NCBI RefSeq assembly: GCF_035285525.1
Contig: NZ_JAYKGW010000157.1
Span: forward strand, 1-32,000
From: Okeania sp.
GTDB lineage: Bacteria > Cyanobacteriota > Cyanobacteriia > Cyanobacteriales > Microcoleaceae
Direction of reading: 5' to 3'
Length of the DNA stretch: 32,000 bases
The translations under genes were made by a program, and so were the position numbers. The notes under the pieces are model-generated. The model searched no databases and had not been told where the DNA came from. It saw only the letters and a list, made by a program, of their open reading frames with translations. Shown piece after piece: positions 15,470 to 24,247 of this stretch (the stretch's first letter is position 1; each line of letters starts with the position of its first letter).

Positions 15470-17950
15470 TTATCCATTATCAAAAGGCAATTTTGGTGGT
15501 GGTGGAGGAACTACCAAGCACTCAACAACTGCTTTATGACTTTCGCGGTCAGTTTGGACTTCTGCCGCGATCGCCTCAAACCTAATTTCCAAACAACCAT
15601 AAGCAATATCTAAGTCTGTAATTACTTCTACTTCTCCCATTCCATTTGGGATAAAATCAGTTAACCAGCGAGGTCCAGCTACTATTGCTTGAGCTTGGCG
15701 ATCATAAACCCATATTTTAACATAAATCCGAGGTAAACCTTCTGGTAATTTCACCCTTACTTTTACTGCTCGTCCGGCAACAATATCTTTGGCCATCAAT
15801 TCTAAATTAGGAACTGGCAATGGTTGTTCATCTGATAAAATATAAGGTTTTGTCGAAATAGACTCATCTTTTTGTTGAGAAAGATTATCTAAACCAAAGT
15901 CCCATTGGTTCTCTTGGCCTGGCCAGATTTCTTCTGGTTGTTCATCTTCGACCACAAATTCTTCTGCTTCCCAATTAATTTCATCATTATCCTCACTAGC
16001 AAATTCTTCATCATCAACCATTACACTAATAGAATCATTATCCTGTAATTCTTCTGTTTTATCTAATTCTGTATTACCCTTGTCCGTTTTCTCAGTTGGT
16101 TCCACAGAAGAAATCTTCATCCATTGCAATAACTCAGAATCGTTAATCAAGGAATTTAAACGAGAAAAGAATCTATCTTCCAAGTTCAAAGCTTTAAATT
16201 CGTGATTTATAGGAGTAAAGTTTGTGGGAAAGGGTACAAGATTTTGTTTAGTTTCAAGTGTTGCTTCTTTATTAAAAGTTTCTGACTTTGACTCTACTTC
16301 TGATTGTAAATTTGTCTCTTCTTCAGACGGTTCTGAATCTCTCCAAACATCATCCATTTCATCAGAATCTTTAGTATAATTTGACTTAGCCAAATCATTA
16401 ATTTTAGTTGGATTTTTCGCCCTATTACTATTATCCGGTAGTGAATTTCCAAATGTTGGTAATTTTAATATTTCAGAATTTGACTTACCTGTAATAGGTT
16501 TGTTTATTTGTGGTGGTAAAGGTTTTTCTCTATCTGTTTTCTGCTCTGGTTGAGTCTGATTAATTTTTTTGACTAAATCCTGAAAAGAATTATGTTTTTC
16601 TTCTGGCTTTCTTGCTATTAAATTTGTTTTCGGATCAACTATTTCCTGATATTCATCTTCCCAAAAATTATCATCAATTACAGCTAGTAAGTTTTCAACT
16701 GAAGCGGTAATTGTAAAAGATTGATTTGCTAAAACATTATTATTATTTTTGAGGATAATTTCTCCTAATATTAGACGAGTTTTCATATTTTCTGGCACAT
16801 TAATTATACAGGCAAAGAAAATAGGTAAAGCTTGCTCTGGTAAAATTTGTTCTACTTCTATTAAAATTTCTGAAGTTTGAGGATTACGCAAACAAATATT
16901 TAAGTTCCCATTGATTATGGGAGTATTATTCGTTGCAAGAGCATAATTTTTTTCTGTTAAATTATCCTGGGCAAGTAGATTGTTAAAGCCTTCATTAGAT
17001 TGAATATTCTCATCTTGATTATCAATAATTATTTGTCCAGATATAGTTAATGCTTCTCCTGGTTGAGCAATATAAGATAATCTATCTAAAATTAGTTCTA
17101 GAGATAAATTTAGAATAGAGTTAGCTTGAGTATTAGTATTTGTTTCTTGATTTTCTTCTACTTTTATATCTGGCTCTTTCTGCAGTTCCTCCAATATTGA
17201 TGAGCTATTGTTCAGGGTTTCAGTTAGTTCTCTTAGTTGACTCTCTATATTTTTAATTTCTTCGTTTTGATTTTGAATGTTTGGTGTTTGCTGTTTATAA
17301 CTATCTAGTAAATCAGTCAGATTTTCTATACTTTCTGATTCTTCTGATAATGCTTGTAATTTCTCTTGAATCTGACTGTCTAATAATTCTATTTCATCTG
17401 ATTTAATTGTCTCAAGTTTTGGCAACTCAGGATAGTTTTTTCCTATATTTTCTTCTTGATTAATTGTTACTTCATTTTGACCTGAAAAAAACGAAATATT
17501 TTCATTAGTTATCAAATTCTTTAGCTCAGGTTCAGTATCTTTTACTTTATATAATTCTTGACTTTGTGGTTCTAGTTGTTGTGAAAAATCTGAACTATCC
17601 CAGTCATTAGACAATACTTCTAGATAGACAATATGTTCTCTTGTTTCTATTGATGATGTGGTTGGTTTAGCTAAACAGCGAAACTCCCACTTACCTGGTT
17701 TGAGTCTGGTAAATGGAATAATAGATATGAGACCTTGAGAGCGAGTACGACTAGAACGTTTATGAACTCGCCTTATGGGAGGGATTTCTTCATTAGAATT
17801 ATGAATAATCTGAATTTGGACTTCTGTATTAGCTATATGAGTATTCGCAACTATCCGATAGCGACCCTCTAGAATTTCCACATCGGCTAATTCTAAGGGT
17901 AGCCAGGTTTGGTCTCCCTCTTTCTGTAGCAAAAATTCCCAGTCTGACAT
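15470..17950 (-). CDS. Large acidic low-complexity protein of unknown function; apparently ordered N- and C-terminal domains flank an E/N/Q/S-rich centre
   Basis: 826-aa uninterrupted ORF in AT-rich DNA. Ordered-looking N-terminus (MSDWEFLLQKEGDQTWLPLELADVEILEGRYRIVANTH...KPGKWEFRCL) and C-terminus (VKVRVKLPEGLPRIYVKIWVYDRQAQAIVAGPRWLTDFIPNGMGEVEV...). No motif recognised. Confidence 0.75.
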   Translation of the reverse strand: MSDWEFLLQKEGDQTWLPLELADVEILEGRYRIVANTHIANTEVQIQIIHNSNEEIPPIRRVHKRSSRTRSQGLISIIPFTRLKPGKWEFRCLAKPTTSSIETREHIVYLEVLSNDWDSSDFSQQLEPQSQELYKVKDTEPELKNLITNENISFFSGQNEVTINQEENIGKNYPELPKLETIKSDEIELLDSQIQEKLQALSEESESIENLTDLLDSYKQQTPNIQNQNEEIKNIESQLRELTETLNNSSSILEELQKEPDIKVEENQETNTNTQANSILNLSLELILDRLSYIAQPGEALTISGQIIIDNQDENIQSNEGFNNLLAQDNLTEKNYALATNNTPIINGNLNICLRNPQTSEILIEVEQILPEQALPIFFACIINVPENMKTRLILGEIILKNNNNVLANQSFTITASVENLLAVIDDNFWEDEYQEIVDPKTNLIARKPEEKHNSFQDLVKKINQTQPEQKTDREKPLPPQINKPITGKSNSEILKLPTFGNSLPDNSNRAKNPTKINDLAKSNYTKDSDEMDDVWRDSEPSEEETNLQSEVESKSETFNKEATLETKQNLVPFPTNFTPINHEFKALNLEDRFFSRLNSLINDSELLQWMKISSVEPTEKTDKGNTELDKTEELQDNDSISVMVDDEEFASEDNDEINWEAEEFVVEDEQPEEIWPGQENQWDFGLDNLSQQKDESISTKPYILSDEQPLPVPNLELMAKDIVAGRAVKVRVKLPEGLPRIYVKIWVYDRQAQAIVAGPRWLTDFIPNGMGEVEVITDLDIAYGCLEIRFEAIAAEVQTDRESHKAVVECLVVPPPPPKLPFDNG

Positions 17951-18363
17951 CTACGGCTACAGCTTTACTTTACAAAATATATTTTTCTAAGTTTATCTCA
18001 GATTGTTGATTATCTAGATAAATTTTAGATATTAAAGTTATAATTTTTTTAATCTTAATATTTGATTTATTTTTACTTATCACAAATAGTTACTTTTGTC
18101 AAATATATTTTTCTAAAACTATGACTAAAACTGGACTTTAGACTAAATGTATTAGTGTAAATTTGTAGTGGACTGTTTCACTTGAAAAATGGTGCCATAA
18201 GTTTAGGTTGGGTTATTTGCGTGAGCGTTGCGTTGGCTTTAGCATGGCAAAGCAAAGCATGAGACCGAAACTCAATAATAATTTTTATTCTCTATTACCC
18301 TAATACAAAAAAGGTTTTAACCTTACTTTTCACTCCTTTAGACAGATTTGGTATAAAATTGTC

Positions 18364-18386
18364 AGGACTTACCCAGAAACCTGGTT
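18364..18386. mobile_element. Truncated MITE family A terminus abutting the tandem array
   Basis: AGGACTTACCCAGAAACCTGGTT matches one family-A end plus the CCAGAAACCCGGT core. No second terminus is present. Confidence 0.5.
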
Positions 18387-18393
18387 AATTAAT

Positions 18394-18852
18394 GAAATTT
18401 CCTGATTTATTTGAAAGACTAAATCTTAAAGAAACCCATCTGGCTTTTTGGTTGGTTTGTGTAACTCCTGATTTCTGAAATTTCCTGATTTATTTGAAAG
18501 GCTAAATCTTAAAGAAATCAATTTGGCTTTTTGGTTGGTTTGTGTAACTCCTGATTTCTGAAATTTCCTTACTTATTTGAAAGGCTAAATCTTAAAGAAA
18601 TCAATTTGGCTTTTTGGTTAATTAATGAAATTTCCTGATTTATTTGAAAGACTAAATCTTAAAGAAATCCATCTGGCTTTTTGGTTGGTTTGTTTAACTC
18701 CTGATTTCTGAAATTTCCTGATTTATTTGAAAGGCTAAATCTTAAAGAAATCAATTTGGCTTTTTGGTTAGTTTGTGTAACTCCTTACTTATTTGAAAGG
18801 CTAAATATGAAAGAAATCCATCTGGCTTTTTGGTTGGTTTGTGTAACTCCTA
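18394..18852. repeat. Tandem array of about 6 units of an 83-bp repeat with higher-order A-B-C-A-B-C structure
   Basis: Units start at 18394, 18477, 18560 (truncated, 67 bp), 18627, 18710 and about 18783. Unit: GAAATTTCCTGATTTATTTGAAAGGCTAAATCTTAAAGAAATCAATTTGGCTTTTTGGTTGGTTTGTGTAACTCCTGATTTCT. The junction GGTTAATTAATGAAATTTCCTG occurs at 18383 and again at 18615. Confidence 0.9.
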
Positions 18853-18945
18853 ATTGCCTATGAGGTAAATATTTACTGTTAAAATAAAATTCCATTTCCC
18901 TACACTTTATCAAAACCCAAAGTTTCATTAATAAAAACTAACTCT

Positions 18946-20403
18946 CTAAATTTGAGGTTGATATTTGTACCAATCATTAGATTGTTCATAAACATGAGCA
19001 ACTTCAAATAATAAAGATTCTTTCAAAACATTACTAATAAATTGCATACCAATAGGTAAACCTTTTTCATCAAAACCACAAGGTAAACTCAAAGCAGGTA
19101 AACCAGCCAAATTAACTGGAATAGTCATTAAGTCAGACAAATACATATTCAGTGGATCGTTAGTTTTTTCACCCACCTTAAATGCTGTAGTTGGAGCAGT
19201 GGGGCACGCCAAAATATCTACTTGAGCAAAAGCCTTATCAAAATCTTCCTTAATTAAAGTTCTAACTTTTTGAGCTTTCAGATAATAAGCATCATAATAT
19301 CCAGCCGACAAAGCATAAGTACCAATCATAATTCGGCGCTTAACTTCTGAACCAAAACCTTCAGCACGAGTTTTCCCATACATACTTAAAAGGTTTTCTG
19401 AATCAGGAGTACGGAAACCATATTTAACCCCATCATAACGAGCTAAATTCGCCGAAGCTTCTGAGGGAGCAATAATATAATAAGTAGGTAAACCATATCT
19501 AAATCTAGGACAAGAAATTACCTGAATTTCTGCTCCTAACTCTTGCAGTAGTTCCACCGCTTTAGTGAAAGCTGCTAAAACAGATGAATCTAAACCTTCG
19601 CCAAAAGTCTCTTGAATTAGACCAATTCTCAGTTGTCCTCTAGGTCTTAAATTAGGTTTCAGATTTTTCCTGTAATCTGGTATTGGTACATTCAAACTGG
19701 TAGAATCCTTCGGGTCATAACCAGCGATCGCCTGCAATAAAATGGTCGAATCTTCGACAGTTCTACTAAAAGGACCGATTTGGTCCAGAGAAGAAGCATA
19801 AGCCACTAACCCATAGCGAGAGACCAAGCCATAAGTAGGCTTCATTCCTACCACTCCACAAAAAGATGCTGGTTGACGAATGGACCCACCTGTATCTGAA
19901 CCTAATGCTACTATAGATTCTTGAGATGCCACTGCTGCTGCCGATCCTCCGGAAGAACCTCCAGGTACTCGTTCTACATCCCAAGGATTAGCCGTAATTT
20001 GATAGGCCGAATTTTCTGTAGAACTGCCCATCGCAAATTCATCCAAATTAGTTTTACCTAAAATTACTGCTCCAGCATCCACAAGTTTTTGAGTCACCGT
20101 AGATTCATAAGGGGGAATAAAATTTTCGAGAATTTTAGAACCACAAGTAGTCGGGATACCTCTAGTACACATATTATCTTTAATGGCAATCGGAATCCCT
20201 GCCAGTTGTCCAATTTTTTCTCCTGCTGCAATTTTGGCATCCACCAGACGAGCTTGAGTAATGGCCTGATCTGCGGTAACACAGATAAAGCTTTTTAACT
20301 TTGGCTCTAACTGGTTGATGCGTTCCAGAGCTTCTTGAGTAATTTCTACAGCAGAGCGTTCTTTGCTGATTAGTTGTTTATGCAGCTCGCTAATGGATGC
20401 CAT
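18946..20403 (-). CDS. gatA: Asp-tRNA(Asn)/Glu-tRNA(Gln) amidotransferase subunit A
   Basis: 485 aa. Amidase signature [12 protein letters not shown]...[25 protein letters not shown]. Typical GatA N-terminus ([24 protein letters not shown]) and end-to-end colinearity with GatA. Confidence 0.97.
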   Translation of the reverse strand: MASISELHKQLISKERSAVEITQEALERINQLEPKLKSFICVTADQAITQARLVDAKIAAGEKIGQLAGIPIAIKDNMCTRGIPTTCGSKILENFIPPYESTVTQKLVDAGAVILGKTNLDEFAMGSSTENSAYQITANPWDVERVPGGSSGGSAAAVASQESIVALGSDTGGSIRQPASFCGVVGMKPTYGLVSRYGLVAYASSLDQIGPFSRTVEDSTILLQAIAGYDPKDSTSLNVPIPDYRKNLKPNLRPRGQLRIGLIQETFGEGLDSSVLAAFTKAVELLQELGAEIQVISCPRFRYGLPTYYIIAPSEASANLARYDGVKYGFRTPDSENLLSMYGKTRAEGFGSEVKRRIMIGTYALSAGYYDAYYLKAQKVRTLIKEDFDKAFAQVDILACPTAPTTAFKVGEKTNDPLNMYLSDLMTIPVNLAGLPALSLPCGFDEKGLPIGMQFISNVLKESLLFEVAHVYEQSNDWYKYQPQI

Positions 20404-20851
20404 GCTTATACCGTTATTCCTACAAATTAAAATTTAAAATATTTATGATTATTTTGAGATTCTCGCTGTTAATTATAACAGGAGATTCTTTGGTGGGAGT
20501 GAATTTGCGCAACTGGGAATCACTAGAGAAAAGAATTTATTAGTCTACCCGCATTAACACAAGCTGAATTTTAGCACAAACCTTGTAGATATTTAACGTA
20601 AAAAGTTGATATAGCAATTCTTAATATTTGTGACAAAATTTTTAGACTTGGTATGGAGGGAACAGGGAATAGAAAGACCAAATAAAATTATACCTCACAA
20701 GCTTAAGAAACGCTACAAATATTAAGTTTTAAGTTGAAATTAGATAATTTTACTGATGATAATTTTTTAAATTCAAACTTATATTTTATCCGGAATATGG
20801 TACAGATAGGCTGAGAAACTATGAAGTTCCCACGATTTCTTAGTAAGAGCT

Positions 20852-21307
20852 ATGCCACCAAAAGCTCGTTTGAAAAACTATCTGACTACAGAAGAATTGA
20901 AAATTCGCTATCGACAAGCTCCAGATACCATCGAATCCCGTCGATGGCATCTCCTGCTTTTAATTGCTCAACAATGGTCTATTAAAAAGGCAGCTCAAGT
21001 TATTGGGCTTAATTATGATTATGCCAAGGAAATTGTTGGACGTTATAACCGAGAAGGACCGGAGTCTGTGAAAAATCGTAGCAAGGATCGTCAACCACCT
21101 CCTGCTAAATCTTTATTGACTTTTGCTCAACAGCAGGAACTATTAATGGCTTTACAAGGGCCTGCTCCTGATGGTGGGACTTGGTCTGGTCCAAAAGTAG
21201 CTCGTTGGATAGCTGATAAAACTGGTCGGGATCATGTCTGGCCTCAACGAGGTTGGGATTATCTAAAAAGGTTGGGTATTGACTGGAAGAAAAAAGATCA
21301 CAAGTAA
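20852..21307 (+). pseudogene. Orphan IS630-family orfA-like HTH ORF with no DDE partner downstream
   Basis: 151 aa. HTH region SIKKAAQVIGLNYDYAKEIVGRYNREG and second winged-helix region WSGPKVARWIADKTGRDHVWPQRGWDYLKRLGIDWKKK. Ends next to an A6G run (21290-21296) like the IS630 frameshift site. Downstream DNA is non-coding repeats. Confidence 0.6.
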
Positions 21308-21741
21308 GTATTTCCTCTGGAATGCTTACAATAACAAAGACAACAATAACTGATAATTATTAACCTAGTTTTGGAACCTAAAATTATTAATAAAAACTAT
21401 ATATAAATGATTTAATTGGCAATGTATTTTGTAAGCATTTAGTCTTCAGCTATTTAGGCTTTTCTGAATAAATATAAAAGCTTTTAGATATAAAGTTTTG
21501 AGGATTTTTAGGTAGGTCAAAAGTGCAAATTCTGAGGTTGGGAAAGCACGGTTCCCGAAAAATCCTAAATTTAGGATTTTCCCCTAACTATGGCAGAAAA
21601 TAAAGGGATAATTTTTATGATTATATCCTCTATAAATCTTGATTCTTTTTGATTCTGTAGAGACCTTGGGTAAAGGTTTCCCTACCTACTTCCTACTACC
21701 TCTCTCAATCAAAAGACTTTTTCAGTAATACCTATGTATTT

Positions 21742-21905
21742 GAGTTTGATAAAAAAGCTTTATTGGTTGAAGTAAATTCAATTTTACTATCAAAGAAGAC
21801 TTTAAAGGTTATTTTCATTGAAAGCTATTTTCAAGTTTAGATTAGGATTTGCTGTTGGCGCGACATTCCGCAAAAATAGCCGACAGTTAATAGCTGAATG
21901 CTTAC
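21742..21905 (-). repeat. Dispersed repeat family D, about 165 bp with a GTAAGCAT terminus; inverted relative to the copies at 26058 and 26262
   Basis: The reverse complement (GTAAGCATTCAGCTATTAACTGTCGG...GCGGAATGTCGCGCCAACAGCAAATCCTAATCTAAA...AATAACCTTTAAAGTCTTCTTTGATAGTAAAATTGAATTTAC...AAGCTTTTTTATCAAACTC) aligns with 26262-26527 once the nested MITE there is removed. Confidence 0.75.
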
Positions 21906-22486
21906 TGTATTTTTTTTAAAATATTTTGTAATTATTCAGTCGTCAACTATGAGTTATTAGCTTTATTAACTATGATTTAAATTCAAGATTAGCTTTTTTT
22001 TATTCAATTATCTACTTGAAAATATGTAAGGATTCATCCTTCAGCTATTAGCTATCAACTATTTGTAATTCACTCATTATTCCACTAGAGGAGCATTATC
22101 CATAAAGGAATATTCATGGTTATTTTGGTACAGTATTCCGTAGGAAATGAAATTGGTAATAAAACCTAACCTTAGTCATTACTTCCCACATTCAAAAGCT
22201 GATAGCTGAATGCTTATGAAAATATAGTAGAACACAAGAATGAATCGACCAAGAGAAAATTAACTTGAGTATTTCAAGCCTCTGGCTTAAGTAAGAGGTA
22301 ATGATAACTGATAACTGAAATGACAGATTATGGCTAAATGCTTAACATTAAATCAAATACTTTTCCGGAATCATAGTAAAAATATTGAGAAATTAGATGA
22401 AGGTTTTATTAACCATAATTATTCATGAATTATCAATTATTAATTTAGTAAAACCTGAAATAAAAATATCTCAATATTTAGTAGCT

Positions 22487-23182
22487 ATGAAAATCAATAT
22501 TTGCACAAAAATCATCCTAGCATTTGCCTTATGTTTTGGGATTAATTTAACTCTCAATAATTCCGCTTTTGCTAGACCAAAGCCTCAATTAATTTGTGAA
22601 TTAAAACCGCAATTATGTCAAGAAAACCAAGAAACTGTGTGTAAAGAAAATGAAAGTTGCCATCAAAAAGCACTAGAAAGTTGCCAGCAACATAATCCAA
22701 ATTCCTGCGAAAAAACACAGTCTGTAGTTGAAGAAATTCGACCTGAAATTCGACCTAATAAATTTTATTGTGAACAAGGTAAAAATGGTATTCCAACTAC
22801 TTTTGTTAAAACACCACAAGGTACTTATCCAGTCATTCGTTGGGTTTCTAATTATTTCTTATCTGCTGGATATACTCCCATGACTCGTTGTCGTCAAGTA
22901 TCAAATAAATTTCAATTATTCTATGATGATGAGAGACTAAATTACATTACGACTGGCATTGTTAATCGTCAACCAGTTGTTTGTGTTTCTAGTAAAAATG
23001 GTGGTCCTTGTCAAGGAGTATTATTTACTCTTAAACCACAACAAAATGCTAGTCAAACAATTCAAAAATTATTTGATATTCGAGTTGGTGCTTCTACAGG
23101 TCCCCTGTATGAAAGTAGTTCCCGTTTCTATTTAAACTTCAATGATTATTTAAAGAGTTTAGCAAACCAGAGAATGGAGTAA
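22487..23182 (+). CDS. COP23-domain (circadian oscillating protein 23 family) secreted protein with an extra Cys-rich N-terminal region
   Basis: Signal-peptide-like start MKINICTKIILAFALCFGINLTLNNSAFA at ATG 22487; the ORF track starts earlier at 22397. COP23-like core: FYCEQGKNGIPTTFVKTPQGTYPVIRWVSNYFLSAGYTPMTRCRQVSNKFQ...GIVNRQPVVCVSSKNGGPCQGVLFTLKP. Confidence 0.75.
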   Translation: MKINICTKIILAFALCFGINLTLNNSAFARPKPQLICELKPQLCQENQETVCKENESCHQKALESCQQHNPNSCEKTQSVVEEIRPEIRPNKFYCEQGKNGIPTTFVKTPQGTYPVIRWVSNYFLSAGYTPMTRCRQVSNKFQLFYDDERLNYITTGIVNRQPVVCVSSKNGGPCQGVLFTLKPQQNASQTIQKLFDIRVGASTGPLYESSSRFYLNFNDYLKSLANQRME

Positions 23183-23185
23183 TAT

Positions 23186-24124
23186 TTGGTGAGTCTGCGA
23201 TCGCTAATTTTAGCAACTTATATTAATAGTGGTTTATTTTTTTTGCCTATACAAATGTTGCCTCAAAAGTTTTCTGAGTTGGAAAGTTTGGCAACTCAAA
23301 TCCCAATTCAAAATTGTGTTGAATGTAATAATTTTTGCACGATTAAAGAACTTAAAAGTATAGCTAAATCTATCACTGTTAAGATTATTTCGGAAACTGG
23401 TTGGGGGTCAGGAATTATTTTGAAACAGGAGGGAGAAGTTTATACAGTTATTACGAATCAGCACGTTTTAAATACTAATAATAACTCTTATCTTATTCAG
23501 ACTCCAGATGGTATTTTTTATCAGGCAAATAAAATAGAAAATGAAAATTTTCAAGGAAATGATTTGGCTTTATTAGAATTTCGCAGCACTCACTCAATTT
23601 ATGCTGTTGCTTCTCTGGAAAATTCTACTACTCTTTCTCTAGGAGATAAAACTTTTGCTGCTGGTTTTCCTACTTTGGAAAAATCTGAAGACACAGAATT
23701 TTTATTGACTAGAGGAAGAGTTTCAATTTTGTCTAAGCAACCTTTAGAAAAGGGTTATCAAGTTGGCTACACTAATGTTGTTAAAAAGGGTATGAGTGGG
23801 GGTCCTTTACTGAATATTTACGGACAAGTAGTTGGTATTAATGGAATGCACGCTTATCCTTTATGGGGAAATCCTTATGTATATCGTGATGGTTCTGAAC
23901 CAACTTTAACTTTGCGTCAAAAAATGAGTCATTTAGCATTTGCTATTCCTATGGAAACTGTGGCTAAGTTGGCTCCAAATTTTGCATCTATATCGACTAT
24001 TAAATTTGATGAAACTGTTAGTATTAAATTTTTAAATTATTTGTTTTTTGATGATTTTGGTGAATTACTGAACTGGCAGTTTTATCCATATATTTTGTCT
24101 ACTTCGTGTCATGGAAATAGTTGA
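23186..24124 (+). CDS. Trypsin-like (S1 family) serine protease
   Basis: 312 aa. Catalytic triad contexts: TVITNQHVL (His), NDLALLEF (Asp), KKGMSGGPLLNIYGQVVGING (Ser). Hydrophobic N-terminus. Starts 3 nt after the COP23 stop codon. Start codon is uncertain (TTG 23186, GTG 23189 or an internal ATG). Confidence 0.8.
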   Translation: MVSLRSLILATYINSGLFFLPIQMLPQKFSELESLATQIPIQNCVECNNFCTIKELKSIAKSITVKIISETGWGSGIILKQEGEVYTVITNQHVLNTNNNSYLIQTPDGIFYQANKIENENFQGNDLALLEFRSTHSIYAVASLENSTTLSLGDKTFAAGFPTLEKSEDTEFLLTRGRVSILSKQPLEKGYQVGYTNVVKKGMSGGPLLNIYGQVVGINGMHAYPLWGNPYVYRDGSEPTLTLRQKMSHLAFAIPMETVAKLAPNFASISTIKFDETVSIKFLNYLFFDDFGELLNWQFYPYILSTSCHGNS

Positions 24125-24247
24125 ATAATTAATAATTACCTCTTCTTATTTAATAAGTAGAAACTTTTATGGCGCTATAGGCAACATAATTTCTGACTTT
24201 CCTCTAGAGATAAATTTAGTAAGCAGAAATTTTTATTATAAAAAAAT

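Noticed and set aside
18394-18852. Possible CRISPR array, given regularly spaced repeats
   Set aside because: The 83-bp units are directly adjacent with no unique spacers. The unit is far longer than a CRISPR repeat, and no cas genes are present in the window.
19766-20298. Short ORFs 19766-19984, 20089-20298 and 20094-20282
   Set aside because: They lie in alternative frames or antisense within gatA, whose own frame is strongly supported by the amidase signature.
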